In this document: positions 25,778 through 34,593 of the stretch, one piece after another
Layout: each line of letters opens with the position of its first letter
How positions within the stretch are numbered: position 1 is the stretch's first letter
Virus record (IMG/VR): IMGVR_UViG_3300031746_000001
DNA from: a virus
Direction: 5' to 3' (one strand)
Length of the DNA stretch: 64,000 nt
Made by a program: the position numbers and the translations under genes
Notes under the pieces: model-generated
What the model saw: the letters and a program-made list of their open reading frames with translations, nothing else
Database searches by the model: none
What the model was told of the DNA's origin: nothing

Positions 25778-27243
25778 CTCGCATCCTCCGTTTTTGATTT
25801 GGGAACCTTGCCGAAAATCTTAATATACTTGCTTTGAACCGAACTGTCCTTCCACTCTGAGATCGTCTGCCCCCATCCGTCTGAGGGCGTCACAGACTGC
25901 ACGATCCCAACCATCAGATCGATAAGCTCGAAGAACCTCATCCCGGAAAGGAGCTCCTGGACCGTCGATCCGGAATTCCCCCAACAGACGTTGTCCGGCG
26001 TCTTGATGTGCGGGTGAGGCCGTCCCGATGGCGGGGGATAGAGATTGGTCACGATGACCTGATGGGCCCCCTCCGCCAGAGGAAGGGTGAACTGATACTG
26101 CCCAAGCCACCATTCGTTCCAGGAGATCGGCTTGGTCACAACCTCGAGCCGCATGTTATTCTCCGATCGCCCGTCTGCCGCAATGAACCTGATCCGGTCG
26201 ATCTTGGGATGGCTTCTCAGGGCTTCGATCTGCTCCTTAAACATCTGATCGACCTTCCCGGCGAGGGTCTTGTGAATCTCGAGGGTGATCTCGAGGGTGT
26301 GCCGCTCATCGTAGTGCAGGCGAAGCGTCCGGGCGGCTGTGTCGATCTTCCCCTTCAGGTCCTTTAGGGCGGCACCGACCTTCTCGACCTCCGTATTATG
26401 CCGGGCATTCAGAGCGTCGAGCAAGATCGGCCCGACCACAAAGTCCCTTGAGAACCTGGACTTAACTTCATCGACCCACTTCTTGAGGGGATCGGGATCC
26501 TTGACATCCGACAGCCACAGCAAGACGATATACTTCGATAGGTTAACCTTGTCCTCGAGCTCGACCCCGTTAAGGTCTTTCCGGTGGGCGATGTCCCACA
26601 GGAAGAACAGGTTCCGATCCTTCCAGAGAGCCAGGGCGATGCCCTGATCGTCGGTCATGATCTTCCAGCCCTTATCCGTGAAAGCTTTAGGGTTGGACAG
26701 CTCGAGGCAGTCCTCTTCCCCGGACATCATCTTGAAATCCCGCCCCAAGACGGCGAACCGTTCCCGGGTTCCCTTCTTAACTACGTTCCCGGCTTCGGCA
26801 TCCGGAAAAGCCAGAACGAAAATCCGGAACCGCTCGTCGACGAACTGATCCACGTCGATCCGAACATTCTTGGGAGGCGTCTCCGCATGGGGGATGATTA
26901 CCTCAGCCTTGAGCCCGGCGAACTTGTTGAGCCACGAGAACATCCCCTCGGCGTTCTCGAGAGTGGGAATGATAAACCGGGGCCCCGGCGCTGGCGCTGG
27001 CTTCTTGGGCGCCTCTACGGCGTCCCTGCGATCCCTCCGACCCGTGATCGGGGGAAAGGCGATATCGTTGGCAGTGCTCATATCAGTGCTCCACGGCCCC
27101 GGGTAGAGAAGCCCCGCAACCTGTTGGGCATCCTCTTCCGAAACCTGAACCTCTGAGGAATTGATACGGGCATACCTGATGCGGGATCCTCTCAGGAGTT
27201 CCTCCTGCTCCCTCGAGCATGTAAATGCCCTCCATCGTGCCAT
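25774..27243 (-). CDS. coiled-coil protein with C-terminal prokaryotic E2-like domain
   Basis: PHPHIKTPDNVCWGN (HPH followed by Cys); located between Ubl and JAB. Confidence 0.7.
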   Translation of the reverse strand: MARWRAFTCSREQEELLRGSRIRYARINSSEVQVSEEDAQQVAGLLYPGPWSTDMSTANDIAFPPITGRRDRRDAVEAPKKPAPAPGPRFIIPTLENAEGMFSWLNKFAGLKAEVIIPHAETPPKNVRIDVDQFVDERFRIFVLAFPDAEAGNVVKKGTRERFAVLGRDFKMMSGEEDCLELSNPKAFTDKGWKIMTDDQGIALALWKDRNLFFLWDIAHRKDLNGVELEDKVNLSKYIVLLWLSDVKDPDPLKKWVDEVKSRFSRDFVVGPILLDALNARHNTEVEKVGAALKDLKGKIDTAARTLRLHYDERHTLEITLEIHKTLAGKVDQMFKEQIEALRSHPKIDRIRFIAADGRSENNMRLEVVTKPISWNEWWLGQYQFTLPLAEGAHQVIVTNLYPPPSGRPHPHIKTPDNVCWGNSGSTVQELLSGMRFFELIDLMVGIVQSVTPSDGWGQTISEWKDSSVQSKYIKIFGKVPKSKTEDAR

Positions 27244-27270
27244 GTCCTTTCTCGTTTCGTTAAATGTCCC

Positions 27271-27304
27271 CTCGGCGGCTGTGGGGTCTCCACAAGCCGC
27301 CGAG
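27271..27304. other. strong GC-rich stem-loop between Ubl and E2
   Basis: CTCGGCGGCT-GTGG...CCAC-A-AGCCGCCGAG. Confidence 0.6.
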
Positions 27305-27338
27305 TCTGCAGACCTAGAGCTTGGACCCCCGAGGGGAC

Positions 27339-27575
27339 TTACCCAAGTCTAAGGGACTTCATCACCACGACCTTCGAGCCGGGCATGATCACGTCGTTCA
27401 GGCCGACTGGCCGCCCGTCGACGTTGACCGTGTAGGCTTCTGCCTCCTTCCCCTTCGCGCCGACCTGCTGTTCCATCATCTCGGCTACGGTGAGCCTCTG
27501 CCCATCCGTTGGAAGCTGAGGCGTCGATGGCGTCGCTCCGAGCTTGGTCAGATAGAAGAAGTTTTCGTTATCCAC
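27339..27575 (-). CDS. ubiquitin-like (ThiS/MoaD beta-grasp) protein ending LRLG
   Basis: TVAE...VNVDG...NDVIMPGSKVVV...G-COOH; 78 aa; AGGGAGGTGA SD. Confidence 0.8.
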   Translation of the reverse strand: MDNENFFYLTKLGATPSTPQLPTDGQRLTVAEMMEQQVGAKGKEAEAYTVNVDGRPVGLNDVIMPGSKVVVMKSLRLG

Positions 27576-27619
27576 TTACGTCACCTCCCTTCGTTTGAAA
27601 TGAGTTAAACGTCCTGCGA

Positions 27620-28147
27620 CTAACCCGTCCTCAAGGACGGATCGGTCATGATACGAACCTGCTCCGGATTGGCCTTGATGATATCCACGAGGGTGTCCTT
27701 CGTTCCCGCCTCGTTTGGCGGTGGAACCCACACGACCTTCCAGACGTCCACAGGCTGTTGCCTCCCGTCCTTCTCGGTATTCACCCGGAGGCCGAGCTGG
27801 GTCTTGTCCCACTGCTTGAACTTCTCCCGGATATCCCGGTAGAACAACTGCATAGCGACGTTCTCCATCGTCTCGAAGCGGAAGTATTCGACCGCCAGTT
27901 TGGCAACCTGCTCGAAGTCCTTCACGCTCATGTGGAAGTCGATTTCGTTCTTCGTCCGCAGACGGTGGAAGCGCCAGAAGAATACCTCCCGATACCGCTC
28001 CTGCCACTCCGCAGACAGATTGTCGACGACCACGACGTCCCGCTTCTCGTCGAGCGGATCGAGCGTAGTCACATACGCCCACACCTGCATGAGCTGTGGA
28101 TCGACGAACTGCGGGGGCTCCCCCGTATAGACAATTTCCTGAGCCAC
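27620..28147 (-). CDS. hypothetical protein
   Basis: Strong SD GGAGGTG before GTG. Confidence 0.65.
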   Translation of the reverse strand: MAQEIVYTGEPPQFVDPQLMQVWAYVTTLDPLDEKRDVVVVDNLSAEWQERYREVFFWRFHRLRTKNEIDFHMSVKDFEQVAKLAVEYFRFETMENVAMQLFYRDIREKFKQWDKTQLGLRVNTEKDGRQQPVDVWKVVWVPPPNEAGTKDTLVDIIKANPEQVRIMTDPSLRTG

Positions 28148-28176
28148 GATTCACCTCCTCTCTAAGAACTCAGTCC

Positions 28177-28713
28177 CTACTGGGATTTAAGATCAAGCAT
28201 CTTATTGAACCATGCCTTAAACTGATCAATGGTCATGACCATGTGGGAATCCACCATCCACGAAGGAAGCGTCCCGTCCGACCTTCGAGATCCCCGCTCG
28301 ACGGCAGTCTTACTCAGGTACTCCCTCCACTTCTCGGTCGGGCTCTCTCCCCATCCCCTAGACAACAGGACGTAGCCCCCCCGAATTTCCTCCGGAACGT
28401 AACCCCCGTAAAGGGACTCGTCCCAGAACCAGCGACCGCACATGAAGTCCAGGATGTTCTTGTATTCCTTCTCTCCCACCTTGAATGGCGAAAGCCTCCC
28501 TTCGAACAAGAGGAGATTCTTGAGCTCAACCCCCTCCGGGAACTGCGGGATAGCAGATTCCTTCTTCTCCGGCGCCTTGGCCTCCGGAGCCGCCGGAGCC
28601 TCCGGAGCCGCTGGACCCTTGGGCTCCTCGGGTGTCTTGACCTTCGGGGCCTCGGTCTTCGCCGGGACTTTCTTTTTCGGCAAAGGTTTCTTGGGTTTAG
28701 ATTTCTTCTTCAT
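28177..28713 (-). CDS. hypothetical protein with K/P/A-rich N-terminus
   Basis: Coupled ORF. Confidence 0.65.
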   Translation of the reverse strand: MKKKSKPKKPLPKKKVPAKTEAPKVKTPEEPKGPAAPEAPAAPEAKAPEKKESAIPQFPEGVELKNLLLFEGRLSPFKVGEKEYKNILDFMCGRWFWDESLYGGYVPEEIRGGYVLLSRGWGESPTEKWREYLSKTAVERGSRRSDGTLPSWMVDSHMVMTIDQFKAWFNKMLDLKSQ

Positions 28714-29417
28714 CGTTCTCCTCCAGATTGAGTCAACGCCCGCGACAATTCATCGTCGAGTTTTTCTCTCTCCTCGTCAATTCTTTTTCTCTCCGCCCGA
28801 TTGGCCACTATCCGTCCGGCGATGGAAATAATCAGCTCTTGATTCCTACTGGAACGGAGCCGTCCAGGAACGGGGGCAGGAGGGGCATCCCGATCACTCA
28901 GGAAAAACCGCATCTGCCTCATTTTCATCTTAATGGAAAGCTCCGACCGTCCCATCCGAACAGATATTTGGCTAGGCGACAGACGCTGAACAACACAATA
29001 AACCCGCAAAAGATTTTCTTCGTCGTCGGTCCACGACCCATGATGCAAGGCCGGAGCCGCATCGCGAGCTGGTGCCTGTCGAGCTGGTGCCTGTCGAGCC
29101 TCCGGAAAATGAAGGCTATTTCTCGGAGGAGTCACTCCCTCCTGGATCCGCCCCTGTCTTTTAAGGATAGCAATCCGCTGACCAATTGCTTTTCGGGGTC
29201 GGTGTAACATCTTCTCTAAAGTAGACCAGCACCGATAGCGGCAAAACTTTACGAGCTTTTTGTCCTCTGGACCGGTCCACTTCCTCCGAACACGAGTCAT
29301 CCCGCCTGATCGGGAGGTCAGAGTCCGAGGGACTCTAGTTGCTCCTGCCGGGCCTGGCGTGGCCCCCTCCCCTGTGGCAGGGGTTGCTGGATTCGTAACA
29401 TCCGTCATTTCTCGCAT
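28710..29417 (-). CDS. Myb/SANT-like HTH repeat protein
   Basis: KWTGPEDKKL and SWTDDEENLL repeats; ARQAP tandem repeat. Confidence 0.6.
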   Translation of the reverse strand: MREMTDVTNPATPATGEGATPGPAGATRVPRTLTSRSGGMTRVRRKWTGPEDKKLVKFCRYRCWSTLEKMLHRPRKAIGQRIAILKRQGRIQEGVTPPRNSLHFPEARQAPARQAPARDAAPALHHGSWTDDEENLLRVYCVVQRLSPSQISVRMGRSELSIKMKMRQMRFFLSDRDAPPAPVPGRLRSSRNQELIISIAGRIVANRAERKRIDEEREKLDDELSRALTQSGGER

Positions 29418-29441
29418 CCTCCGTTGATAATTTGCATTTAG

Positions 29442-30017
29442 CTACACCCACAACCTCTCGCCCGATAATGGACGACGGTACGTCCTCACCAACCCTACCT
29501 GCCTCCCCGGGGCGAGGGATGGAGAGAAAACCCCGTAATGGTAAAGAAACCGCCCCCGAGATTCCCAGTAAATCGCCCAGCGGAACATGCTCTTTAACTG
29601 GCAAACCTCCTGATAGACCGTAGATGGAGAAACACTTTTTAATCTATGTTGCTTATATTCTGCCACCCGATCCGTGGAAATATCTATCAGGAACATGGAC
29701 CCAAAAAAGTCATTAAGCCTCCGAAGATAACTCATCCTCCTTCGATACGTCCTTTCCGATTTTCCGGTTGTGAATAAGCGTTCCACGTCCACAACCCTCT
29801 CACTGTAATCCAACGCCAAGTTCGAGAACAGCCTATCTCTTTCCTTTGGAATCACGTAAGTCCCTTCTGCAATTTGAAACTTACGCTCACGTAGAGATCT
29901 TAAGGCAAATTCCCTATTGCCCTGAATCGCCCCCACTCGTTCCATTATTATCCGATCCTTGAACGGATATCGGATATAAAAACACCCAAACCTCCTAATG
30001 ATCCCCGAGAGAAGCAT
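29442..30017 (-). CDS. truncated tyrosine integrase (arm and core-binding domains only)
   Basis: FYIRY..., L..FFG...L.DI...V..Y...R...SPSTV..E...LKSMF.WA; no catalytic domain follows. Confidence 0.7.
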   Translation of the reverse strand: MLLSGIIRRFGCFYIRYPFKDRIIMERVGAIQGNREFALRSLRERKFQIAEGTYVIPKERDRLFSNLALDYSERVVDVERLFTTGKSERTYRRRMSYLRRLNDFFGSMFLIDISTDRVAEYKQHRLKSVSPSTVYQEVCQLKSMFRWAIYWESRGRFLYHYGVFSPSLAPGRQVGLVRTYRRPLSGERLWV

Positions 30018-30026
30018 CTCTGAATC

Positions 30027-30644
30027 CTATGAAGCCCTATCCATGCTTTGGCTGATCGTCGTAAAGGCTCGACAAATCTGGCTTAACGCCTGCCCTTTTC
30101 TATCTGCCTGACCGGAGCGCATCAGCGTATCAACGGCATCCTCAACCGTCTTCTGCTCGTCCCTACTCCGAAAGGCAAATACAGACGTAAAGACGTCCCG
30201 ATCGAGCCCTTCGGATCGAGCCTTTGGCCGGGCATCGGTAGATGTTTTCTTGGCAAGCTCGATCATTTTTTCTGCGTTCTCGGGAGTTGCCACTCCCACG
30301 AGATCCTTCGCCTTTGAGAATCCAATTTCGGCAATCCCCCGAAGAACCCTGCGATGGAACTTCGCCTTCACCACAAAGTGCTCGTAAATTCCAACGAGAA
30401 TGTCTCCCCTATGGACAGGAAGGTTCACTTCCTGGGATACAAAGTCCCCAAACTTTTCATAGCCGTAGTTTTCAAACCACCGATGAGACTTAATCGCGTA
30501 AAGAACCCCAGCGAGCTTAAGATAAGACAGCTCAATCTGGCTCTTTAAACTCACGGCCATTTTTCGAGCCTCACTAGACGTGATCGTTTCTATGGACTTC
30601 TTGATCTCGTCTATTTGTGCATCCACCTTCGATAACTTAACCAT
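30027..30644 (-). CDS. phage-type hypothetical protein
   Basis: L..IK...W...GY..F.DF...E motif common in phage proteins. Confidence 0.6.
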   Translation of the reverse strand: MVKLSKVDAQIDEIKKSIETITSSEARKMAVSLKSQIELSYLKLAGVLYAIKSHRWFENYGYEKFGDFVSQEVNLPVHRGDILVGIYEHFVVKAKFHRRVLRGIAEIGFSKAKDLVGVATPENAEKMIELAKKTSTDARPKARSEGLDRDVFTSVFAFRSRDEQKTVEDAVDTLMRSGQADRKGQALSQICRAFTTISQSMDRAS

Positions 30645-30663
30645 ATCGCATCCTCCGTTGTAT

Positions 30664-31173
30664 TTAGTGAAGGTCTCTCTCTTCCGGAATCTTGAAGTCC
30701 ATCCCGATCGCCTTGAAGACGTCCTCCTCCGTAGGAGTGACGACCTTCAACCCGTCCGGCTTGAACAGGCCGTATTGGGAAAGCTTGAAACCCTGCCTCT
30801 TGGCAAGCCCACGCATCTTGATATTAAACATCATGCTCCCGGTTGCGTAGCACACCATCGTCGCCTTCTCGTCAGGCAGGCCGACGTTCAGATCGACCTG
30901 GACCCCGTTCACCGGGCCGGAGTGAACCATCTTCCCGTGAGCGTGAAACCTGGGGGCTTCGGGATCCAACAGCTCCCCGAAGGCGGCCAGGATAGCCTCC
31001 CGATCCGATACCTGGACTGCGATCGCCACGATGTCCACGTCCCTAATCATCCGACAGCCCCGGCGGTACGATCCGCAGACATCGAAGTCGAGCATCACGT
31101 TCCGAAGCCCTTTGTAAACCCGGTCAATGATCGGATCGGCAGTTTCTCTCGGGATTAACTTACCCTTCGCCAT
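30664..31173 (-). CDS. minimal family X DNA polymerase (palm and thumb)
   Basis: GSYRRG, DVD, VDL, YATGS..FN..MR, LSQYGL, TEEDVF, PEER; 169 aa. Confidence 0.88.
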   Translation of the reverse strand: MAKGKLIPRETADPIIDRVYKGLRNVMLDFDVCGSYRRGCRMIRDVDIVAIAVQVSDREAILAAFGELLDPEAPRFHAHGKMVHSGPVNGVQVDLNVGLPDEKATMVCYATGSMMFNIKMRGLAKRQGFKLSQYGLFKPDGLKVVTPTEEDVFKAIGMDFKIPEERDLH

Positions 31174-31196
31174 CGGATCGTTCCTTCATGGGCTTT

Positions 31197-31225
31197 ATTA
31201 TAACGGTTCTCAACTTGATTGTCAA
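31197..31225 (-). promoter_or_regulatory. sigma70 promoter for PolX
   Basis: TTGACA-17-TATAAT overlapping the LAGLIDADG stop codon. Confidence 0.85.
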
Positions 31226-32082
31226 GACCTCATCGTCATTTTTTGGATTTCCACATATTTCTCGAACTTTCTCTTCATCCGAGTAGATACTTCCGAATTT
31301 CCATAAAGCCAATGTAGTGCCTTTAAAACCTGACGATTTCCACCAACCACCAAAGACCAAGTTCTACTCCGGCCATCCTTCCTGACGGTCGAATTAACAT
31401 TAAGGTTATCGATCAATACTTGATGAACCGATTCACAGAAACTTCTCGTTCCGCATATGCCCCACGTACCAACGTTTAATTTGCGATCACATATAATCCA
31501 TCCGTCACCATCGCTGTAGCCCCGGATGAAGTGAGAGTGAAGAGAAAGCTTCAACCTCTTGGGAAACCTTAAGATTAAAGACTTACGAGGGATACAACCC
31601 AACATAGACAGCCGACTAGAAAGAACGGAACTCCTAAGATTCAAATTCACACTGGGATTTCTTCCGATATAGGTATAATGACCAATCATCTTTGATGGAG
31701 ATAAAATATCTCTTAACTTCGATAGATGATTCTCGTCCTTAGCATTTAAATGAACACTAATCCCGTACCCATGATTGCATCCGTCTGCGTATAAGAATCC
31801 GAGCCAATAGGCTTTGTCGGAAGTGTCGATCCGGTCAAAATAAGATTCATTAACGGGATACTTTCTATGAAGACCAGCTCTTCGTCTATCTATTCCCTTC
31901 CGACGTAGACAATCTATAACTGCCTGACGACTGACCCCGAACTGCTTCGAGATCGCACTTGACGGAACCCCCGATCCATAAAGAGCCACAATCTTTTTAG
32001 AATCACCAGGCGATATTTTCCTACCAAACGGAATGGAAAATTTTCTGTGACAGCTCGGGCATTTGACTAAAAACGTTTGCAT
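31222..32082 (-). CDS. free-standing double-motif LAGLIDADG endonuclease with N-terminal HTH
   Basis: AYWLGFLYADG and HFIRGYSDGDG. Confidence 0.9.
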   Translation of the reverse strand: MQTFLVKCPSCHRKFSIPFGRKISPGDSKKIVALYGSGVPSSAISKQFGVSRQAVIDCLRRKGIDRRRAGLHRKYPVNESYFDRIDTSDKAYWLGFLYADGCNHGYGISVHLNAKDENHLSKLRDILSPSKMIGHYTYIGRNPSVNLNLRSSVLSSRLSMLGCIPRKSLILRFPKRLKLSLHSHFIRGYSDGDGWIICDRKLNVGTWGICGTRSFCESVHQVLIDNLNVNSTVRKDGRSRTWSLVVGGNRQVLKALHWLYGNSEVSTRMKRKFEKYVEIQKMTMRS

Positions 32083-32089
32083 ACATAAT

Positions 32090-32119
32090 ATGTTACACCA
32101 TTCTCAAAGTAATTGTCAA
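32090..32119 (-). promoter_or_regulatory. sigma70-like promoter (leaderless transcript of the LAGLIDADG gene)
   Basis: TTGACA-18-TAACAT, 7 nt before ATG. Confidence 0.6.
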
Positions 32120-32307
32120 GGGCTTGCCGGAAAATTCTTCGACGGCTCCTGAAGGCCGATCGCCCGAGCCTTCGTTACGCACGTCGGGCACGGTCTTTGC
32201 TTCTGGACCTTCATGAGCAGGGCGTTGCCCTGTGGGTCTCCGGAAACCTCAAACGTCTCCGTGTGACCACAGGCATGCCGGACGGCCACGAACTTGACTC
32301 TTCCCAT
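32116..32307 (-). CDS. small Zn-ribbon-like protein
   Basis: HACGH...CPTC. Confidence 0.6.
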   Translation of the reverse strand: MGRVKFVAVRHACGHTETFEVSGDPQGNALLMKVQKQRPCPTCVTKARAIGLQEPSKNFPASP

Positions 32308-32308
32308 T

Positions 32309-32671
32309 TCATCCTTTCGATGTTAGGCTTTCAAGAGTAGCCGGATCGACTCCCATCTGTATTAGCTGACGCTTCAGACGCCCCGCCCTCTCCCAGAGCC
32401 TCCGCCGCTTTCTGAAGTCCTTATCGAGCTCCAACCGCACAGCGTTATAATCCCGATGATACTTCAGGTAGGCTTTCCACTTCTTCGGATCCCGGCGTCT
32501 CCTAAGATGCCTCCTCCGGTTCATCTTCTTCGCCTTCTCCGGGTGAGCCTTCCACCAAAGTTTATCCCTCTCGTTGTCGGCATCCATCAAACAGCGGGTA
32601 CTACAATACGCCTGAGCATTAGCCCGGGGCTCAAACCTCTTCCGGCACTTCTTCCACCTACAGACCTTCAC
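32309..32671 (-). CDS. basic Cys-containing hypothetical protein
   Basis: C....C...F......YCSTRC; very K/R-rich. Confidence 0.6.
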   Translation of the reverse strand: MKVCRWKKCRKRFEPRANAQAYCSTRCLMDADNERDKLWWKAHPEKAKKMNRRRHLRRRRDPKKWKAYLKYHRDYNAVRLELDKDFRKRRRLWERAGRLKRQLIQMGVDPATLESLTSKG

Positions 32672-33228
32672 TCGGCCACCTTCTCTAAGATGCGCTCGAC
32701 TTTATAACCCAGGACGGACCGGCAGACCTCAATGGCCTGAGAGAATACCTTCTTGGCATTCTCATCCTTCTGCGTCTGGACCTCCATCTTCTCCCCCAGG
32801 TAAAAACTGGCGATCAGAAGGAAGCTCTCAACGGCGAGCTGGTAGGCGTCATCGTCGGTCGCCACGAACTCCATGCTCTGATGCTCCCGGGAAGGCTCGC
32901 AGTCGACCGGAAGGATCGTCCGGGGAAAGCAGAACGCTTCCCAGGGATCGACGCCGACCTTCTTCTGCTCGGCTACGGCGACCCCTCCGTCCACTCCTCC
33001 ATCCCATCCCCCGACCATAATCTTCCGGGGCTTGCTCGTAAATTCGCACTGCCTCGAGAAGCAGACACCGTCCATCCCGATCTTGGCGTTCCCCACGCCA
33101 TGCTCTCCGGCGAGCTTCACGCCCTCCCCTGCAAGCCGGGGCATGAGCTTCCGGAAGTCCCCCGTGATACTGCCATAGGCTTTCATCCCGATCACCATAG
33201 GCCTTTCCCAGCGGGTGAGGTACTTCAT
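32668..33228 (-). CDS. hypothetical protein
   Basis: Coupled ORF. Confidence 0.6.
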   Translation of the reverse strand: MKYLTRWERPMVIGMKAYGSITGDFRKLMPRLAGEGVKLAGEHGVGNAKIGMDGVCFSRQCEFTSKPRKIMVGGWDGGVDGGVAVAEQKKVGVDPWEAFCFPRTILPVDCEPSREHQSMEFVATDDDAYQLAVESFLLIASFYLGEKMEVQTQKDENAKKVFSQAIEVCRSVLGYKVERILEKVAE

Positions 33229-33821
33229 CGTCCCGCCCCCCCTTCTCGCACCCAGGGGGCTTTTCTGCCCTCCTGGGAGGCATCCAGGGAGGTATCCGGG
33301 CTACCCGGTATCCCCCTGGATGGCCATGTCGTCATTATTGCCTTCCAATCTCGAAGAACCTGTTGAGACGTTTCCATTCTTTTTGCCCTCATAGTATTTC
33401 CGTTGTTTATAGTTTGAAGGTCGAAAAAAATCTTCTGACCATTCGGCAAGACCTTCCAGACCTCTGCGCCCTTACGTATATTACATTTCAGGCAGAGAGG
33501 TTGAATATTTTCTATAAAGTTACTTCCATGCTTTATCAGTGGAATAATATGGTCTACCGTAAGTTTAATTTCTGGTTCACTCTCACCACAAACAGGACAA
33601 CGATAGCCATATATAACCTTCAATAACTTCCACTCTCTCAGAGTAAACGTTCCTTCGCTGGCATATTCCCGAGCCCTACGCGCCTGTTCATAAATCCTAA
33701 CTCTTTCGGGATTCTTCTCGCGCCACCTTCGGTGCCACTTATTAATCTTATCCCTATTTTCTCTAACCCACCTTCGGTCGCTTTCTTGGGTCTTATTAAG
33801 CGCGATGGTTCGTCCCCTCAT
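33225..33821 (-). CDS. free-standing HNH endonuclease
   Basis: CPVCG...LTVDHIIP...GSN..ENIQPLCLKCN..K. Confidence 0.9.
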   Translation of the reverse strand: MRGRTIALNKTQESDRRWVRENRDKINKWHRRWREKNPERVRIYEQARRAREYASEGTFTLREWKLLKVIYGYRCPVCGESEPEIKLTVDHIIPLIKHGSNFIENIQPLCLKCNIRKGAEVWKVLPNGQKIFFDLQTINNGNTMRAKRMETSQQVLRDWKAIMTTWPSRGIPGSPDTSLDASQEGRKAPWVREGGAGR

Positions 33822-34036
33822 AATGACGCCTTAAAGAAGCCCATGTGGGATTCCTGCTTCCGGCCACAGGCATCACAGACCCGAACCACGACCGCATGAG
33901 AAGCATCCTTCGCCCGTCGCACCTGAGCTAGCCTCAAGAAGCCCTGGCATTCCCGATCTTCCGCCCGAGACGACTCGCAACGCTCAAGAGGCTTGAACGT
34001 CTCCATCTTTTCAATCTGCTCTAACGTCACGTTCAT
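33818..34036 (-). CDS. small Cys-containing hypothetical protein
   Basis: AAGGAGG SD; CxxC. Confidence 0.6.
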   Translation of the reverse strand: MNVTLEQIEKMETFKPLERCESSRAEDRECQGFLRLAQVRRAKDASHAVVVRVCDACGRKQESHMGFFKASL

Positions 34037-34593
34037 CGTATCCTCCTTATGATTCCTGCGTGGGGAGTGCTTCAGCTGATACGGAACCGTCGCCGGGCAC
34101 GGCAGTCCCTTCTCGGCAGTCGTCAGCTCCCCACGATATCATCGAGCGCGACGTCCGGGGCTTACTCCCCACTTGCCAGCAGAGATAATCCCGACTTGTT
34201 CGCACCGCCCGCATGACGGCGCCGCGCCCTTCATAATTCCAGGCAGGGAGGGAATTTTGGGAATCCCATTCGTTAATTTTGGACTCCCGTTTCAATTTAA
34301 GTACCTGCTCGCCCTTTACGACAGCGGAGTTAAACCGCTCTGGGGTCACCACAGGCCCCTCCTTGCCTAACATCATTTCAATGAGTATCCCCAGCAGATC
34401 GTCTTGCCGACCCTCCCGCAGACCGAGCACGTGTCGGTCGACGGAAATGCTCTAAGGGGCTTCCCGACGATATCCGTCTCGTAGTCCTTGCTCCACTGGT
34501 GGAGGTTAGAACACTGATAAGTTACTTCGAGCCGCCTCTTCGTAAGCTCAACTCTTTCATGAGCTTTATGTCTGCTGGCGCCAGCAGTCGGGC

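Noticed and set aside
25778-30660. AACGGAGGATGCGA repeated before three genes
   Set aside because: Mostly explained as a Shine-Dalgarno sequence plus spacer; not enough to claim a separate element.
33225-33821. End duplication around this HNH (TATGAGGG occurs at its start and near 33390)
   Set aside because: The match is only about 8 bp and I could not find a duplicated peptide, so it is not counted among the self-repairing cassettes.
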